Shown: positions 27,701 to 42,350 of the stretch, one piece after another
Position numbering within the stretch: position 1 is the stretch's first letter
Layout of the letters: each line of letters begins with the position of its first letter
From: Auanema rhodensis
Taxonomy: Eukaryota; Animalia; Nematoda
Assembly (NCBI GenBank): GCA_964057225.1
Contig: OZ059896.1
Coordinates: 186,001 to 250,000 of the forward strand
Reading direction: 5' to 3'
Length of the DNA: 64,000 nucleotides
Notes under the pieces: generated by a model
What the model was told of the DNA's origin: nothing
Databases searched by the model: none
Seen by the model: only the letters and a program-made list of their open reading frames with translations
Position numbers and translations under genes: made by a program

Positions 27701-30700
27701 AAAGTTCACGTAAATTTCAAAGTCATGGTTACCATGAACCAATATCAATAAAAATTTGTTTTTAGACTAATATGGACATGGGGAATCTAATTTTGAAAAC
27801 CGCATCTCTTTATCTTTCACGTGAAGCGAGTTACATACCAAGTGCACATCACGTGTACATTTAATTAGCATAAATTAAAGTTCACGTAAATTTCAAAGTC
27901 ATGGTTACCATGAAGCAATATCAATAAAAATTTGTTTTTAGACTAATATGGACATGGGGAATCTAATTTTGAAAACCGCATCTCTTTATCTTTCACGTGA
28001 AGCGAGTTACATACCAAGTGCACATCACGTGTACATTTAATTAGCATTAATTAAGTTCACGTAAATTTCAAAGTCATGGTTACCATGAACCAATATCAAT
28101 AAAAATTTGTTTTTAGACTAATATGGACATGGGGAATCTAATTTTGAAAACCGCATCTCTTTATCTTTCACGTGAAGCGAGTTACATACCAAGTGCACAT
28201 CACGTGTACATTTAATTAGCATAAATTAAAGTTCACGTAAATTTCAAAGTCATGGTTACCATGAAGCAATATCAATAAAAATTTGTTTTTAGACTAATAT
28301 GGACATGGGGAATCTAATTTTGAAAACCGCATCTCTTTATCTTTCACGTGAATTGAGTTACATACCAAGTGCACATCACGTGTACATTTAATTAGCATAA
28401 ATTAAAGTTCACGTAAAATTCAAAGTCATGGTTACCATGAACCAATATCAATAAAAATTTGTTTTTAGACTAATATGGACATGGGGAATCTAATTTTGAA
28501 AACCGCATCTCTTTATCTTTCACGTGAAGCGAGTTACATACCAAGTGCACATCACGTGTACATTTAATTAGCATAAATTAAAGTTCACGTAAATTTCAAA
28601 GTCATGGTTACCATGAAGCAATATCAATAAAAATTTGTTTTTAGACTAATATGGACATGAGGAATCTAATTTTGAAAACCGCATCTCTTTATCTTTCACG
28701 TGAAGCGAGTTACATACCAAGTGCACATCACGTGTACATTTAATTAGCATAAATTAAAGTTCACGTAAATTTCAAAGTCATGGTTACCATGAAGCAATAT
28801 CAATAAAAGTTTGTTTTTAGACTAATATGGACATGGGGAATCTAATTTTGAAAACCGCATCTCTTTATCTTTCACGTGAAGCGAGTTACATACCAAGTGC
28901 ACATCACGTGTACATTTAATTAGCATTAATTAAAGTTCACGTAAATTTCAAAGTCATGGTTACCATGAACCAATATCAATAAAAATTTGTTTTTAGACTA
29001 ATATGGACATGGGGAATCTAATTTTGAAAACCGCATCTCTTTATCTTTCACGTGAAGCGAGTTACATACCAAGTGCACATCACGTGTACATTTAATTAGC
29101 ATAAATTAAAGTTCACGTAAATTTCAAAGTCATGGTTACCATGAAGCAATATCAATAAAAATTTGTTTTTAGACTAATATGGACATGGGGAATCTAATTT
29201 TTTAAACCGCATCTCTTTATCTTTCACGTGAAGCGAGTTACATACCAAGTGCACATCACGTGTACATTTAATTAGCATTAATTAAAGTTCACGTAAATTT
29301 CAAAGTCATGGTTACCATGAACCAATATCAATAAAAATTTGTTTTTGACTAATATGGACATGGGGAATCTAATTTTGAAAACCGCATCTCTTTATCTTTC
29401 ACGTGAAGCGAGTTACATACCAAGTGCACATCACGTGTACATTTAATTAGCATAAATTAAAGTTCACGTAAATTTCAAAGTCATGGTTACCATGAACTAG
29501 TATCAATAAAAATTTGTTTTTAGACTAATATGGACATGGGGAATCTAATTTTGAAAACCGCATCTCTTTATCTTTCACGTGAAGCGAGTTACATACCAAG
29601 GGCACATCACGTGTACATTTAATTAGCATAAATTAAAGTTCACGTAAATTTCAAAGTCATGGTTACCATGAACCAATATCAATAAAAATTTGTTTTTAGA
29701 CTAATATGGACATGGGGAATCTAATTTTGAAAACCGCATCTCTTTATCTTTTACGTGAAGCGAGTTACATACCAAGTGCACATCACGTGTACATTTAATT
29801 AGCATTAATTAAAGTTCACGTAAATTTCAAAGTCATGGTTACCATGAACCAATATCAATAAAAATTTGTTTTTGACTAATATGGACATGGGGAATCTAAT
29901 TTTGAAAACCGCATCTCTTTATCTTTCACGTGAAGCGAGTTACATACCAAGTGCACATCACGTGTACATTTAATTAGCATAAATTAAAGTTCACGTAAAT
30001 TTCAAAGTCATGGTTACCATGAACCAATATCAATAAAAATTTGTTTTTAGACTAATATGGACATGGGGAATCTAATTTTGAAAACCGCATCTCTTTATCT
30101 TTCACGTGAAGCGAGTTACATACCAAGTGCACATCACGTGTACATTTAATTAGCATAAATTAAAGTTCACGTAAATTTCAAAGTCATGGTTACCATGAAG
30201 CAATATCAATAAAAATTTGTTTTTAGACTAATATGGACATGGGGAATCTAATTTTGAAAACCGCATCTCTTTATCTTTCACGTGAAGCGAGTTACATACC
30301 AAGTGCACATCACGTGTACATTTAATTAGCATTAATTAAGTTCACGTAAATTTCAAAGTCATGGTTACCATGAACCAATATCAATAAAAATTTGTTTTTA
30401 GACTAATATGGACATGGGGAATCTAATTTTGAAAACCGCATCTCTTTATCTTTCACGTGAAGCGAGTTACATACCAAGTGCACATCACGTGTACATTTAA
30501 TTAGCATAAATTAAAGTTCACGTAAATTTCAAAGTCATGGTTACCATGAAGCAATATCAATAAAAATTTGTTTTTAGACTAATATGGACATGGGGAATCT
30601 AATTTTGAAAACCGCATCTCTTTATCTTTCACGTGAATTGAGTTACATACCAAGTGCACATCACGTGTACATTTAATTAGCATAAATTAAAGTTCACGTA

Positions 30701-31000
30701 AAATTCAAAGTCATGGTTACCATGAACCAATATCAATAAAAATTTGTTTTTAGACTAATATGGACATGGGGAATCTAATTTTGAAAACCGCATCTCTTTA
30801 TCTTTCGCGTGAAGCGAGTTACATACCAAGTGCACATCACGTGTACATTTAATTAGCATAAATTAAAGTTCACGTAAATTTCAAAGTCATGGTTACCATG
30901 AAGCAATATCAATAAAAATTTGTTTTTAGACTAATATGGACATGAGGAATCTAATTTTGAAAACCGCATCTCTTTATCTTTCACGTGAAGCGAGTTACAT
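26500..31000. repeat. Tandem duplication of a 13-monomer block (2285 bp)
   Basis: Offset 2285 for T93G (27316/29601) and the GC>TT doublet (28353/30638). The 1-bp deletion in ttaattaag and G32A are paired likewise. Confidence 0.9.
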
Positions 31001-32849
31001 ACCAAGTGCACATCACGTGTACATTTAATTAGCATTAATTAAAGTTCACGTAAATTTCAAAGTCATGGTTACCATGAACCAATATCAATAAAAATTTGTT
31101 TTTAGACTAATATGGACATGGGGAATCTAATTTTGAAAACCGCATCTCTTTATCTTTCACGTGAAGCGAGTTACATACCAAGTGCACATCACGTGTACAT
31201 TTAATTAGCATAAATTAAAGTTCACGTAAATTTCAAAGTCATGGTTACCATGAAGCAATATCAATAAAAATTTGTTTTTAGACTAATATGGACATGGGGA
31301 ATCTAATTTTGAAAACCGCATCTCTTTATCTTTCACGTGAAGCGAGTTACATACCAAGTGCACATCACGTGTACATTTAATTAGCATTAATTAAAGTTCA
31401 CGTAAATTTCAAAGTCATGGTTACCATGAACCAATATCAATAAAAATTTGTTTTTAGACTAATATGGACATGGGGAATCTAATTTTGAAAACCGCATCTC
31501 TTTATCTTTCACGTGAAGCGAGTTACATACCAAGTGCACATCACGTGTACATTTAATTAGCATAAATTAAAGTTCACGTAAATTTCAAAGTCATGGTTAC
31601 CATGAAGCAATATCAATAAAAGTTTGTTTTTAGACTAATATGGACATGGGGAATCTAATTTTGAAAACCGCATCTCTTTATCTTTCACGTGAAGCGAGTT
31701 ACATACCAAGTGCACATCACGTGTACATTTAATTAGCATTAATTAAAGTTCACGTAAATTTCAAAGTCATGGTTACCATGAACCAATATCAATAAAAATT
31801 TGTTTTTAGACTAATATGGACATGGGGAATCTAATTTTGAAAACCGCATCTCTTTATCTTTCACGTGAAGCGAGTTACATACCAAGTGCACATCACGTGT
31901 ACATTTAATTAGCATAAATTAAAGTTCACGTAAATTTCAAAGTCATGGTTACCATGAAGCAATATCAATAAAAATTTGTTTTTAGACTAATATGGACATG
32001 GGGAATCTAATTTTGTAAACCGCATCTCTTTATCTTTCACGTGAAGCGAGTTACATACCAAGTGCACATCACGTGTACATTTAATTAGCATTAATTAAAG
32101 TTCACGTAAATTTCAAAGTCATGGTTACCATGAACCAATATCAATAAAAATTTGTTTTTGACTAATATGGACATGGGGAATCTAATTTTGAAAACCGCAT
32201 CTCTTTATCTTTCACGTGAAGCGAGTTACATACCAAGTGCACATCACGTGTACATTTAATTAGCATAAATTAAAGTTCACGTAAATTTCAAAGTCATGGT
32301 TACCATGAACTAATATCAATAAAAATTTGTTTTTAGACTAATATGGACATGGGGAATCTAATTTTGAAAACCGCATCTCTTTATCTTTCACGTGAAGCGA
32401 GTTACATACCAAGGGCACATCACGTGTACATTTAATTAGCATAAATTAAAGTTCACGTAAATTTCAAAGTCATGGTTACCATGAACCAATATCAATAAAA
32501 ATTTGTTTTTAGACTAATATGGACATGGGGAATCTAATTTTGAAAACCGCATCTCTTTATCTTTTACGTGAAGCGAGTTACATACCAAGTGCACATCACG
32601 TGTACATTTAATTAGCATTAATTAAAGTTCACGTAAATTTCAAAGTCATGGTTACCATGAACCAATATCAATAAAAATTTGTTTTTGACTAATATGGACA
32701 TGGGGAATCTAATTTTGAAAACCGCATCTCTTTATCTTTCACGTGAAGCGAGTTACATACCAAGTGCACATCACGTGTACATTTAATTAGCATAAATTAA
32801 AGTTCACGTAAATTTCAAAGTCATGGTTACCATGAACTAATATCAATGA

Positions 32850-34850
32850 AAATTTGTTTTTAGACTAATATGGACGTGGGGAATCTAATTTTGAAAACCG
32901 CATCTCTTTATCTTTCACGTGAAGCGAGTTACATACCAAGTGCACATCACGTGTACATTTAATTAGCATAAATTAAAGTTCACGTAAATTTCAAAGTCAT
33001 GGTTACCATGAACCAATATCAATAAAAATTTGTTTTTAGACTAATATGGACATGGGGAATCTAATTTTGAAAACCGCATCTCTTTATCTTTCACGTGAAG
33101 CGAGTTACATACCAAGTGCACATCACGTGTACATTTAATTAGCATAAATTAAAGTTCACGTAAATTTCAAAGTCATGGTTACCATGAAGCAATATCAATA
33201 AAAATTTGTTTTTAGACTAATATGGACATGGGGAATCTAATTTTGAAAACCGCATCTCTTTATCTTTCACGTGAAGCGAGTTACATACCAAGTGCACATC
33301 ACGTGTACATTTAATTAGCATTAATTAAGTTCACGTAAATTTCAAAGTCATGGTTACCATGAACCAATATCAATAAAAATTTGTTTTTAGACTAATATGG
33401 ACATGGGGAATCTAATTTTGAAAACCGCATCTCTTTATCTTTCACGTGAAGCCAGTTACATACCAAGTGCACATCACGTGTACATTTAATTAGCATAAAT
33501 TAAAGTTCACGTAAATTTCAAAGTCATGGTTACCATGAAGCAATATCAATAAAAATTTGTTTTTAGACTAATATGGACATGGGGAATCTAATTTTGAAAA
33601 CCGCATCTCTTTATCTTTCACGTGAAGCGAGTTACATACCAAGTGCACATCACGTGTACATTTAATTAGCATTAATTAAAGTTCACGTAAATTTCAAAGT
33701 CATGGTTACCATGAACCAATATCAATAAAAATTTGTTTTTAGACTAATATGGACATGGGGAATCTAATTTTGAAAACCGCATCTCTTTATATTTCACGTG
33801 AAGCGAGTTACATACCAAGTGCACATCACGTGTACATTTAATTAGCATTAATTAAAGTTCACGTAAATTTCAAAGTCATGGTTACCATGAACCAATATCA
33901 ATAAAAATTTGTTTTTAGACTAATATGGACGTGGGGAATCTAATTTTGAAAACCGCATCTCTTTATCTTTCACGTGAAGCGAGTTACATACCAAGTGCAC
34001 ATCACGTGTACATTTAATTAGCATAAATTAAAGTTCACGTAAATTTCAAAGTCATGGTTACCATGAACCAATATCAATAAAAATTTGTTTTTAGACTAAT
34101 ATGGACATGGGGAATCTAATTTTGAAAACCGCATCTCTTTATCTTTCACGTGAAGCGAGTTACATACCAAGTGCACATCACGTGTACATTTAATTAGCAT
34201 AAATTAAAGTTCACGTAAATTTCAAAGTCATGGTTACCATGAAGCAATATCAATAAAAATTTGTTTTTAGACTAATATGGACATGGGGAATCTAATTTTG
34301 AAAACCGCATCTCTTTATCTTTCACGTGAAGCGAGTTACATACCAAGTGCACATCACGTGTACATTTAATTAGCATTAATTAAGTTCACGTAAATTTCAA
34401 AGTCATGGTTACCATGAACCAATATCAATAAAAATTTGTTTTTAGACTAATATGGACATGGGGAATCTAATTTTGAAAACCGCATCTCTTTATCTTTCAC
34501 GTGAAGCCAGTTACATACCAAGTGCACATCACGTGTACATTTAATTAGCATAAATTAAAGTTCACGTAAATTTCAAAGTCATGGTTACCATGAAGCAATA
34601 TCAATAAAAATTTGTTTTTAGACTAATATGGACATGGGGAATCTAATTTTGAAAACCGCATCTCTTTATCTTTCACGTGAAGCGAGTTACATACCAAGTG
34701 CACATCACGTGTACATTTAATTAGCATTAATTAAAGTTCACGTAAATTTCAAAGTCATGGTTACCATGAACCAATATCAATAAAAATTTGTTTTTAGACT
34801 AATATGGACATGGGGAATCTAATTTTGAAAACCGCATCTCTTTATCTTTC
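32850..34850. repeat. Tandem duplication of a 6-monomer block (1055 bp)
   Basis: A28G at 32876/33931 and G78C at 33453/34508; offset 6x176-1. Confidence 0.85.
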
Positions 34851-37800
34851 ACGTGAAGCGAGTTAGATACCAAGTGCACATCACGTGTACATTTAATTAG
34901 CATAAATTAAAGTTCACGTAAATTTCAAAGTCATGGTTACCATGAAGCAATATCAATAAAAGTTTGTTTTTAGACTAATATGGACATGGGGAATCTAATT
35001 TTGAAAACCGCATCTCTTTATCTTTCACGTGAAGCGAGTTACAAACCAAGTGCACATCACGTGTACATTTAATTAGCATTAATTAAAGTTCACGTAAATT
35101 TCAAAGTCATGGTTACCATGAACCAATATCAATAAAAATTTGTTTTTAGACTAATATGGACATGGGGAATCTAATTTTGAAAACCGCATCTCTTTATCTT
35201 TCACGTGAAGCGAGTTACATACCAAGTGCACATCACGTGTACATTTAATTAGCATAAATTAAAGTTCACGTAAATTTCAAAGTCATGGTTACCATGAAGC
35301 AATATCAATAAAAATTTGTTTTTAGACTAATATGGACATGGGGAATCTAATTTTGAAAACCGCATCTCTTTATCTTTCACGTGAAGCGAGTTACATACCA
35401 AGTGCACATCACGTGTACATTTAATTAGCATTAATTAAAGTTCACGTAAATTTCAAAGTCATGGTTACCATGAACCAATATCAATAAAAATTTGTTTTTG
35501 ACTAATATGGACATGGGGAATCTAATTTTGAAAACCGCATCTCTTTATCTTTCACGTGAAGCGAGTTACATACCAAGTGCACATCACGTGTACATTTAAT
35601 TAGCATAAATTAAAGTTCACGTAAATTTCAAAGTCATGGTTACCATGAACTAATATCAATAAAAATTTGTTTTTAGACTAATATGGACATGGGGAATCTA
35701 ATTTTGAAAACCGCATCTCTTTATCTTTCACGTGAAGCGAGTTACATACCAAGTGCACATCACGTGTACATTTAATTAGCATAAATTAAAGTTCACGTAA
35801 ATTTTAAAGTCATGGTTACCATGAACCAATATCAATAAAAATTTGTTTTTAGACTAATATGGACATGGGGAATCTAATTTTGAAAACCGCATCTCTTTAT
35901 CTTTTACGTGAAGCGAGTTACATACCAAGTGCACATCACGTGTACATTTAATTAGCATTAATTAAAGTTCACGTAAATTTCAAAGTCATGGTTACCATGA
36001 ACCAATATCAATAAAAATTTGTTTTTGACTAATATGGACATGGGGAATCTAATTTTGAAAACCGCATCTCTTTATCTTTCACGTGAAGCGAGTTACATAC
36101 CAAGTGCACATCACGTGAACATTTAATTAGCATAAATTAAAGTTCACGTAAATTTCAAAGTCATGGTTACCATGAACTAATATCAATAAAAATTTGTTTT
36201 TAGACTAATATGGACGTGGGGAATCTAATTTTGAAAACCGCATCTCTTTATCTTTCACGTGAAGCGAGTTACATACCAAGTGCACATCACGTGTACATTT
36301 AATTAGCATAAATTAAAGTTCACGTAAATTTCAAAGTCATGGTTACCATGAACCAATATCAATAAAAATTTGTTTTTAGACTAATATGGACATGGGGAAT
36401 CTAATTTTGAAAACCGCATCTCTTTATCTTTCACGTGAAGCGAGTTACATACCAAGTGCACATCACGTGTACATTTAATTAGCATAAATTAAAGTTCACG
36501 GAAATTTCAAAGTCATGGTTACCATGAACCAATATCAATAAAAATTTGTTTTTAGACTAATATGGACATGGGGAATCTAATTTTGAAAACCGCATCTCTT
36601 TATCTTTCACGTGAAGCGAGTTACATACCAAGTGCACATCACGTGTACATTTAATTAGCATAAATTAAAGTTCACGTAAATTTCAAAGTCATGGTTACCA
36701 TGAAGCAATATCAATAAAAATTTGTTTTTAGACTAATATGGACATGGGGAATCTAATTTTGAAAACCGCATCTCTTTATCTTTCACGTGAAGCGAGTTAC
36801 ATACCAAGTGCACATCACGTGTACATTTAATTAGCATTAATTAAGTTCACGTAAATTTCAAAGTCATGGTTACCATGAACCAATATCAATAAAAATTTGT
36901 TTTTAGACTAATATGGACATGGGGAATCTAATTTTGAAAACCGCATCTCTTTATCTTTCACGTGAAGCGAGTTACATACCAAGTGCACATCACGTGTACA
37001 TTTAATTAGCATAAATTAAAGTTCACGTAAATTTCAAAGTCATGGTTACCATGAACTAATATTAATAAAAATTTGTTTTTAGACTAATATGGACATGGGG
37101 AATCTAATTTTGAAAACCGCATCTCTTTATCTTTCACGTGAAGCGAGTTACATACCAAGTGCACATCACGTGTACATTTAATTAGCATAAATTAAAGTTC
37201 ACGTAAATTTCAAAGTCATGGTTACCATGAACCAATATCAATAAAAATTTGTTTTTAGACTAATATGGACATGGGGAATCTAATTTTGAAAACCGCATCT
37301 CTTTATCTTTCACGTGAAGCGAGTTACATACCAAGTGCACATCACGTGTACATTTAATTAGCATAAATTAAAGTTCACGTAAATTTCAAAGTCATGGTTA
37401 CCATGAACCAATATCAATAAAAATTTGTTTTTAGACTAATATGGACATGGGGAATCTAATTTTGAAAACCGCATCTCTTTATCTTTCACGTGAAGCGAGT
37501 TACATACCAAGTGCACATCACGTGTACATTTAATTAGCATTAATTAAGTTCACGTAAATTTCAAAGTCATGGTTACCATGAACCAATATCAATAAAAATT
37601 TGTTTTTAGACTAATATGGACATGGGGAATCTAATTTTGAAAACCGCATCTCTTTATCTTTCACGTGAAGCGAGTTACATACCAAGTGCACATCACGTGT
37701 ACATTTAATTAGCATAAATTAAAGTTCACGTAAATTTCAAAGTCATGGTTACCATGAACTAATATTAATAAAAATTTGTTTTTAGACTAATATGGACATG

Positions 37801-38949
37801 GGGAATCTAATTTTGAAAACCGCATCTCTTTATCTTTCACGTGAAGCGAGTTACATACCAAGTGCACATCACGTGTACATTTAATTAGCATTAATTAAAG
37901 TTCACGTAAATTTCAAAGTCATGGTTACCATGAACCAATATCAATAAAAATTTGTTTTTAGACTAATATGGACATGGGGAATCTAATTTTGAAAACCGCA
38001 TCTCTTTATCTTTCACGTGAAGCGAGTTACATACCAAGTGCACATCACGTGTACATTTAATTAGCATAAATTAAAGTTCACGTAAATTTCAAAGTCATGG
38101 TTACCATGAAGCAATATCAATAAAAATTTGTTTTTAGACTAATATGGACATGGGGAATCTAATTTTGAAAACCGCATCTCTTTATCTTTCACGTGAAGCG
38201 AGTTACATACCATGTGCACATCACGTGTACATTTAATTAGCATAAATTAAAGTTCACGTAAATTTCAAAGTCATGGTTACCATGAAGCAATATCAATAAA
38301 AATTTGTTTTTAGACTAATATGGACATGGGGAATCTAATTTTGAAAACCGCATCTCTTTATCTTTCACGTGAAGCGAGTTACATACCAAGTGCACATCAC
38401 GTGTACATTTAATTAGCATAAATTAAAGTTCACGTAAATTTCAAAGTCATGGTTACAATGAACCAATATCAATAAAAATTTGTTTTTAGACTAATATGGA
38501 CATGGGGAATCTAATTTTGAAAACCGCATTTCTTTATCTTTCACGTGAAGCGAGTTACATACCAAGAGCACATCACGTGTACATTTAATTAGCATAAATT
38601 AAAGTTCACGTAAATTTCAAAGTCATGGTTACCATGAAGCAATATCAATAAAAATTTGTTTTTAGACTAATATGGACATGGGGAATCTAATTTTGAAAAC
38701 CGCATCTCTTTATCTTTCACGTGAAGCGAGTTACATACCAAGTGCACATCACGTGTACATTTAATTAGCATAAATTAAAGTTCACGTAAATTTCAAAGTC
38801 ATGGTTACCATGAACCAATATCAATAAAAATTTGTTTTTAGACTAATATGGACATGGGGAATCTAATTTTGAAAACCGCATCTCTTTATCTTTCACGTGA
38901 AGCGAGTTACATACCAAGTGCACATCACGTGTACATTTAATTAGCATAA

Positions 38950-41900
38950 ATTAAAGTTCACGTAAATTTCAAAGTCATGGTTACCATGAACTAATATTAA
39001 TAAAAATTTGTTTTTAGACTAATATGGACATGGGGAATCTAATTTTGAAAACCGCATCTCTTTATCTTTCACGTGAAGCAAGTTACATACCAAGTGCACA
39101 TCACGTGTACAATTAATTAGCATAAATTAAAGTTCACGTAAATTTCAAAGTCATGGTTACCATGAACCAATATCAATAAAAATTTGTTTTTAGACTAATA
39201 TGGACATGGGGAATCTAATTTTGAAAACCGCATCTCTTTATCTTTCACGTGAAGCGAGTTACATACCAAGTGCACATCACGTGTACATTTAATTAGCATA
39301 AATTAAAGTTCACGTAAATTTCAAAGTCATGGTTACCATGCACCAATATCAATAAAAATTTGTTTTTAGACTAATATGGACATGGGGAATCTAATTTTGA
39401 AAACCGCATCTCTTTATCTTTCACGTGAAGCGAGTTACATACCAAGTGCACATCACGTGTACATTTAATTAGCATAAATTAAAGTTCACGTAAATTTCAA
39501 AGTCATGGTTACCATGAACTAATATTAATAAAAATTTGTTTTTAGACTAATATGGACATGGGGAATCTAATTTTGAAAACCGCATCTCTTTATCTTTCAC
39601 GTGAAGCAAGTTACATACCAAGTGCACATCACGTGTACAATTAATTAGCATAAATTAAAGTTCACGTAAATTTCAAAGTCATGGTTACCATGAACCAATA
39701 TCAATAAAAATTTGTTTTTAGACTAATATGGACATGGGGAATCTAATTTTGAAAACCGCATCTCTTTATCTTTCACGTGAAGCGAGTTACATACCAAGTG
39801 CACATCACGTGTACATTTAATTAGCATAAATTAAAGTTCACGTAAATTTCAAAGTCATGGTTACCATGCACCAATATCAATAAAAATTTGTTTTTAGACT
39901 AATATGGACATGGGGAATCTAATTTTGAAAACCGCATCTCTTTATCTTTCACGTGAAGCGAGTTACATACCAAGTGCACATCACGTGTACATTTAATTAG
40001 CATAAATTAAAGTTCACGTAAATTTCAAAGTCATGGTTACCATGAACCAATATCAATAAAAATTTGTTTTTAGACTAATATGGACATGGGGAATCTAATT
40101 TTGAAAACCGCATCTCTTTATCTTTCACGTGAAGCGAGTTACATACCAAGTGCACATCACGTGTACATTTAATTAGCATAAATTAAAGTTCACGTAAATT
40201 TCAAAGTCATGGTTACCATGAACCAATATCAATAAAAATTTGTTTTTAGACTAATATGGACATGGGGAATCTAATTTTGAAAACCGCATCTCTTTATCTT
40301 TCACGTGAAGCGAGTTACATACCAAGTGCACATCACGTGTACATTTAATTAGCATAAATTAAAGTTCACGTAAATTTCAAAGTCATGGTTACCATGTACC
40401 AATATCAATAAAAATTTGTTTTTAGACTAATATGGACATGGGGAATCTAATTTTGAAAACCGCATCTCTTTATCTTTCACGTGAAGCGAGTTACATACCA
40501 AGTGCACATCACGTGTACATTTAATTAGCATAAATTAAAGTTCACGTAAATTTCAAAGTCATGGTTACCATGCACCAATATCAATAAAAATTTGTTTTTA
40601 GACTAATATGGACATGGGGAATCTAATTTTGAAAACCGCATCTCTTTATCTTTCACGTGAAGCGAGTTACATACCAAGTGCACATCACGTGTACATTTAA
40701 TTAGCATAAATTAAAGTTCACGTAAATTTCAAAGTCATGGTTACCATGAAGCAATATCAATAAAAATTTGTTTTTAGACTAATATGGACATGGGGAATCT
40801 AATTTTGAAAACCGCATCTCTTTATCTTTCACGTGAAGCGAGTTACATACCAAGTGCACATCACGTGTACATTTAATTAGCATAAATTAAAGTTCACGTA
40901 AATTTCAAAGTCATGGTTACCATGAATTAATATTAATAAAAATTTGTTTTTAGACTAATATGGACATGGGGAATCTAATTTTGAAAACCGCATCTCTTTA
41001 TCTTTCACGTGAAGCAAGTTACATACCAAGTGCACATCACGTGTACAATTAATTAGCATAAATTAAAGTTCACGTAAATTTCAAAGTCATGGTTACCATG
41101 AACCAATATCAATAAAAATTTGTTTTTAGACTAATATGGACATGGGGAATCTAATTTTGAAAACCGCATCTCTTTATCTTTCACGTGAAGCGAGTTACAT
41201 ACCAAGTGCACATCACGTGTACATTTAATTAGCATAAATTAAAGTTCACGTAAATTTCAAAGTCATGGTTACCATGCACCAATATCAATAAAAATTTGTT
41301 TTTAGACTAATATGGACATGGGGAATCTAATTTTGAAAACCGCATCTCTTTATCTTTCACGTGAAGCGAGTTACATACCAAGTGCACATCACGTGTACAT
41401 TTAATTAGCATAAATTAAAGTTCACGTAAATTTCAAAGTCATGGTTACCATGAACCAATATCAATAAAAATTTGTTTTTAGACTAATATGGACATGGGGA
41501 ATCTAATTTTGAAAACCGCATCTCTTTATCTTTCACGTGAAGCGAGTTACATACCAAGTGCACATCACGTGTACATTTAATTAGCATAAATTAAAGTTCA
41601 CGTAAATTTCAAAGTCATGGTTACCATGAACCAATATCAATAAAAATTTGTTTTTAGACTAATATGGACATGGGGAATCTAATTTTGAAAACCGCATCTC
41701 TTTATCTTTCACGTGAAGCGAGTTACATACCAAGTGCACATCACGTGTACATTTAATTAGCATAAATTAAAGTTCACGTAAATTTCAAAGTCATGGTTAC
41801 CATGTACCAATATCAATAAAAATTTGTTTTTAGACTAATATGGACATGGGGAATCTAATTTTGAAAACCGCATCTCTTTATCTTTCACGTGAAGCGAGTT

Positions 41901-42350
41901 ACATACCAAGTGCACATCACGTGTACATTTAATTAGCATAAATTAAAGTTCACGTAAATTTCAAAGTCATGGTTACCATGCACCAATATCAATAAAAATT
42001 TGTTTTTAGACTAATATGGACATGGGGAATCTAATTTTGAAAACCGCATCTCTTTATCTTTCACGTGAAGCGAGTTACATACCAAGTGCACATCACGTGT
42101 ACATTTAATTAGCATAAATTAAAGTTCACGTAAATTTCAAAGTCATGGTTACCATGAAGCAATATCAATAAAAATTTGTTTTTAGACTAATATGGACATG
42201 GGGAATCTAATTTTGAAAACCGCATCTCTTTATCTTTCACGTGAAGCGAGTTACATACCAAGTGCACATCACGTGTACATTTAATTAGCATAAATTAAAG
42301 TTCACGTAAATTTCAAAGTCATGGTTACCATGCACCAATATCAATAAAAA
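38950..42350. repeat. Nested 3-monomer (528 bp) and 8-monomer (1408 bp) duplications
   Basis: The G78A+T110A monomer occurs at 39080, 39608 and 41016. The TACC variant occurs at 40397 and 41805 (also 43213). Confidence 0.85.
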
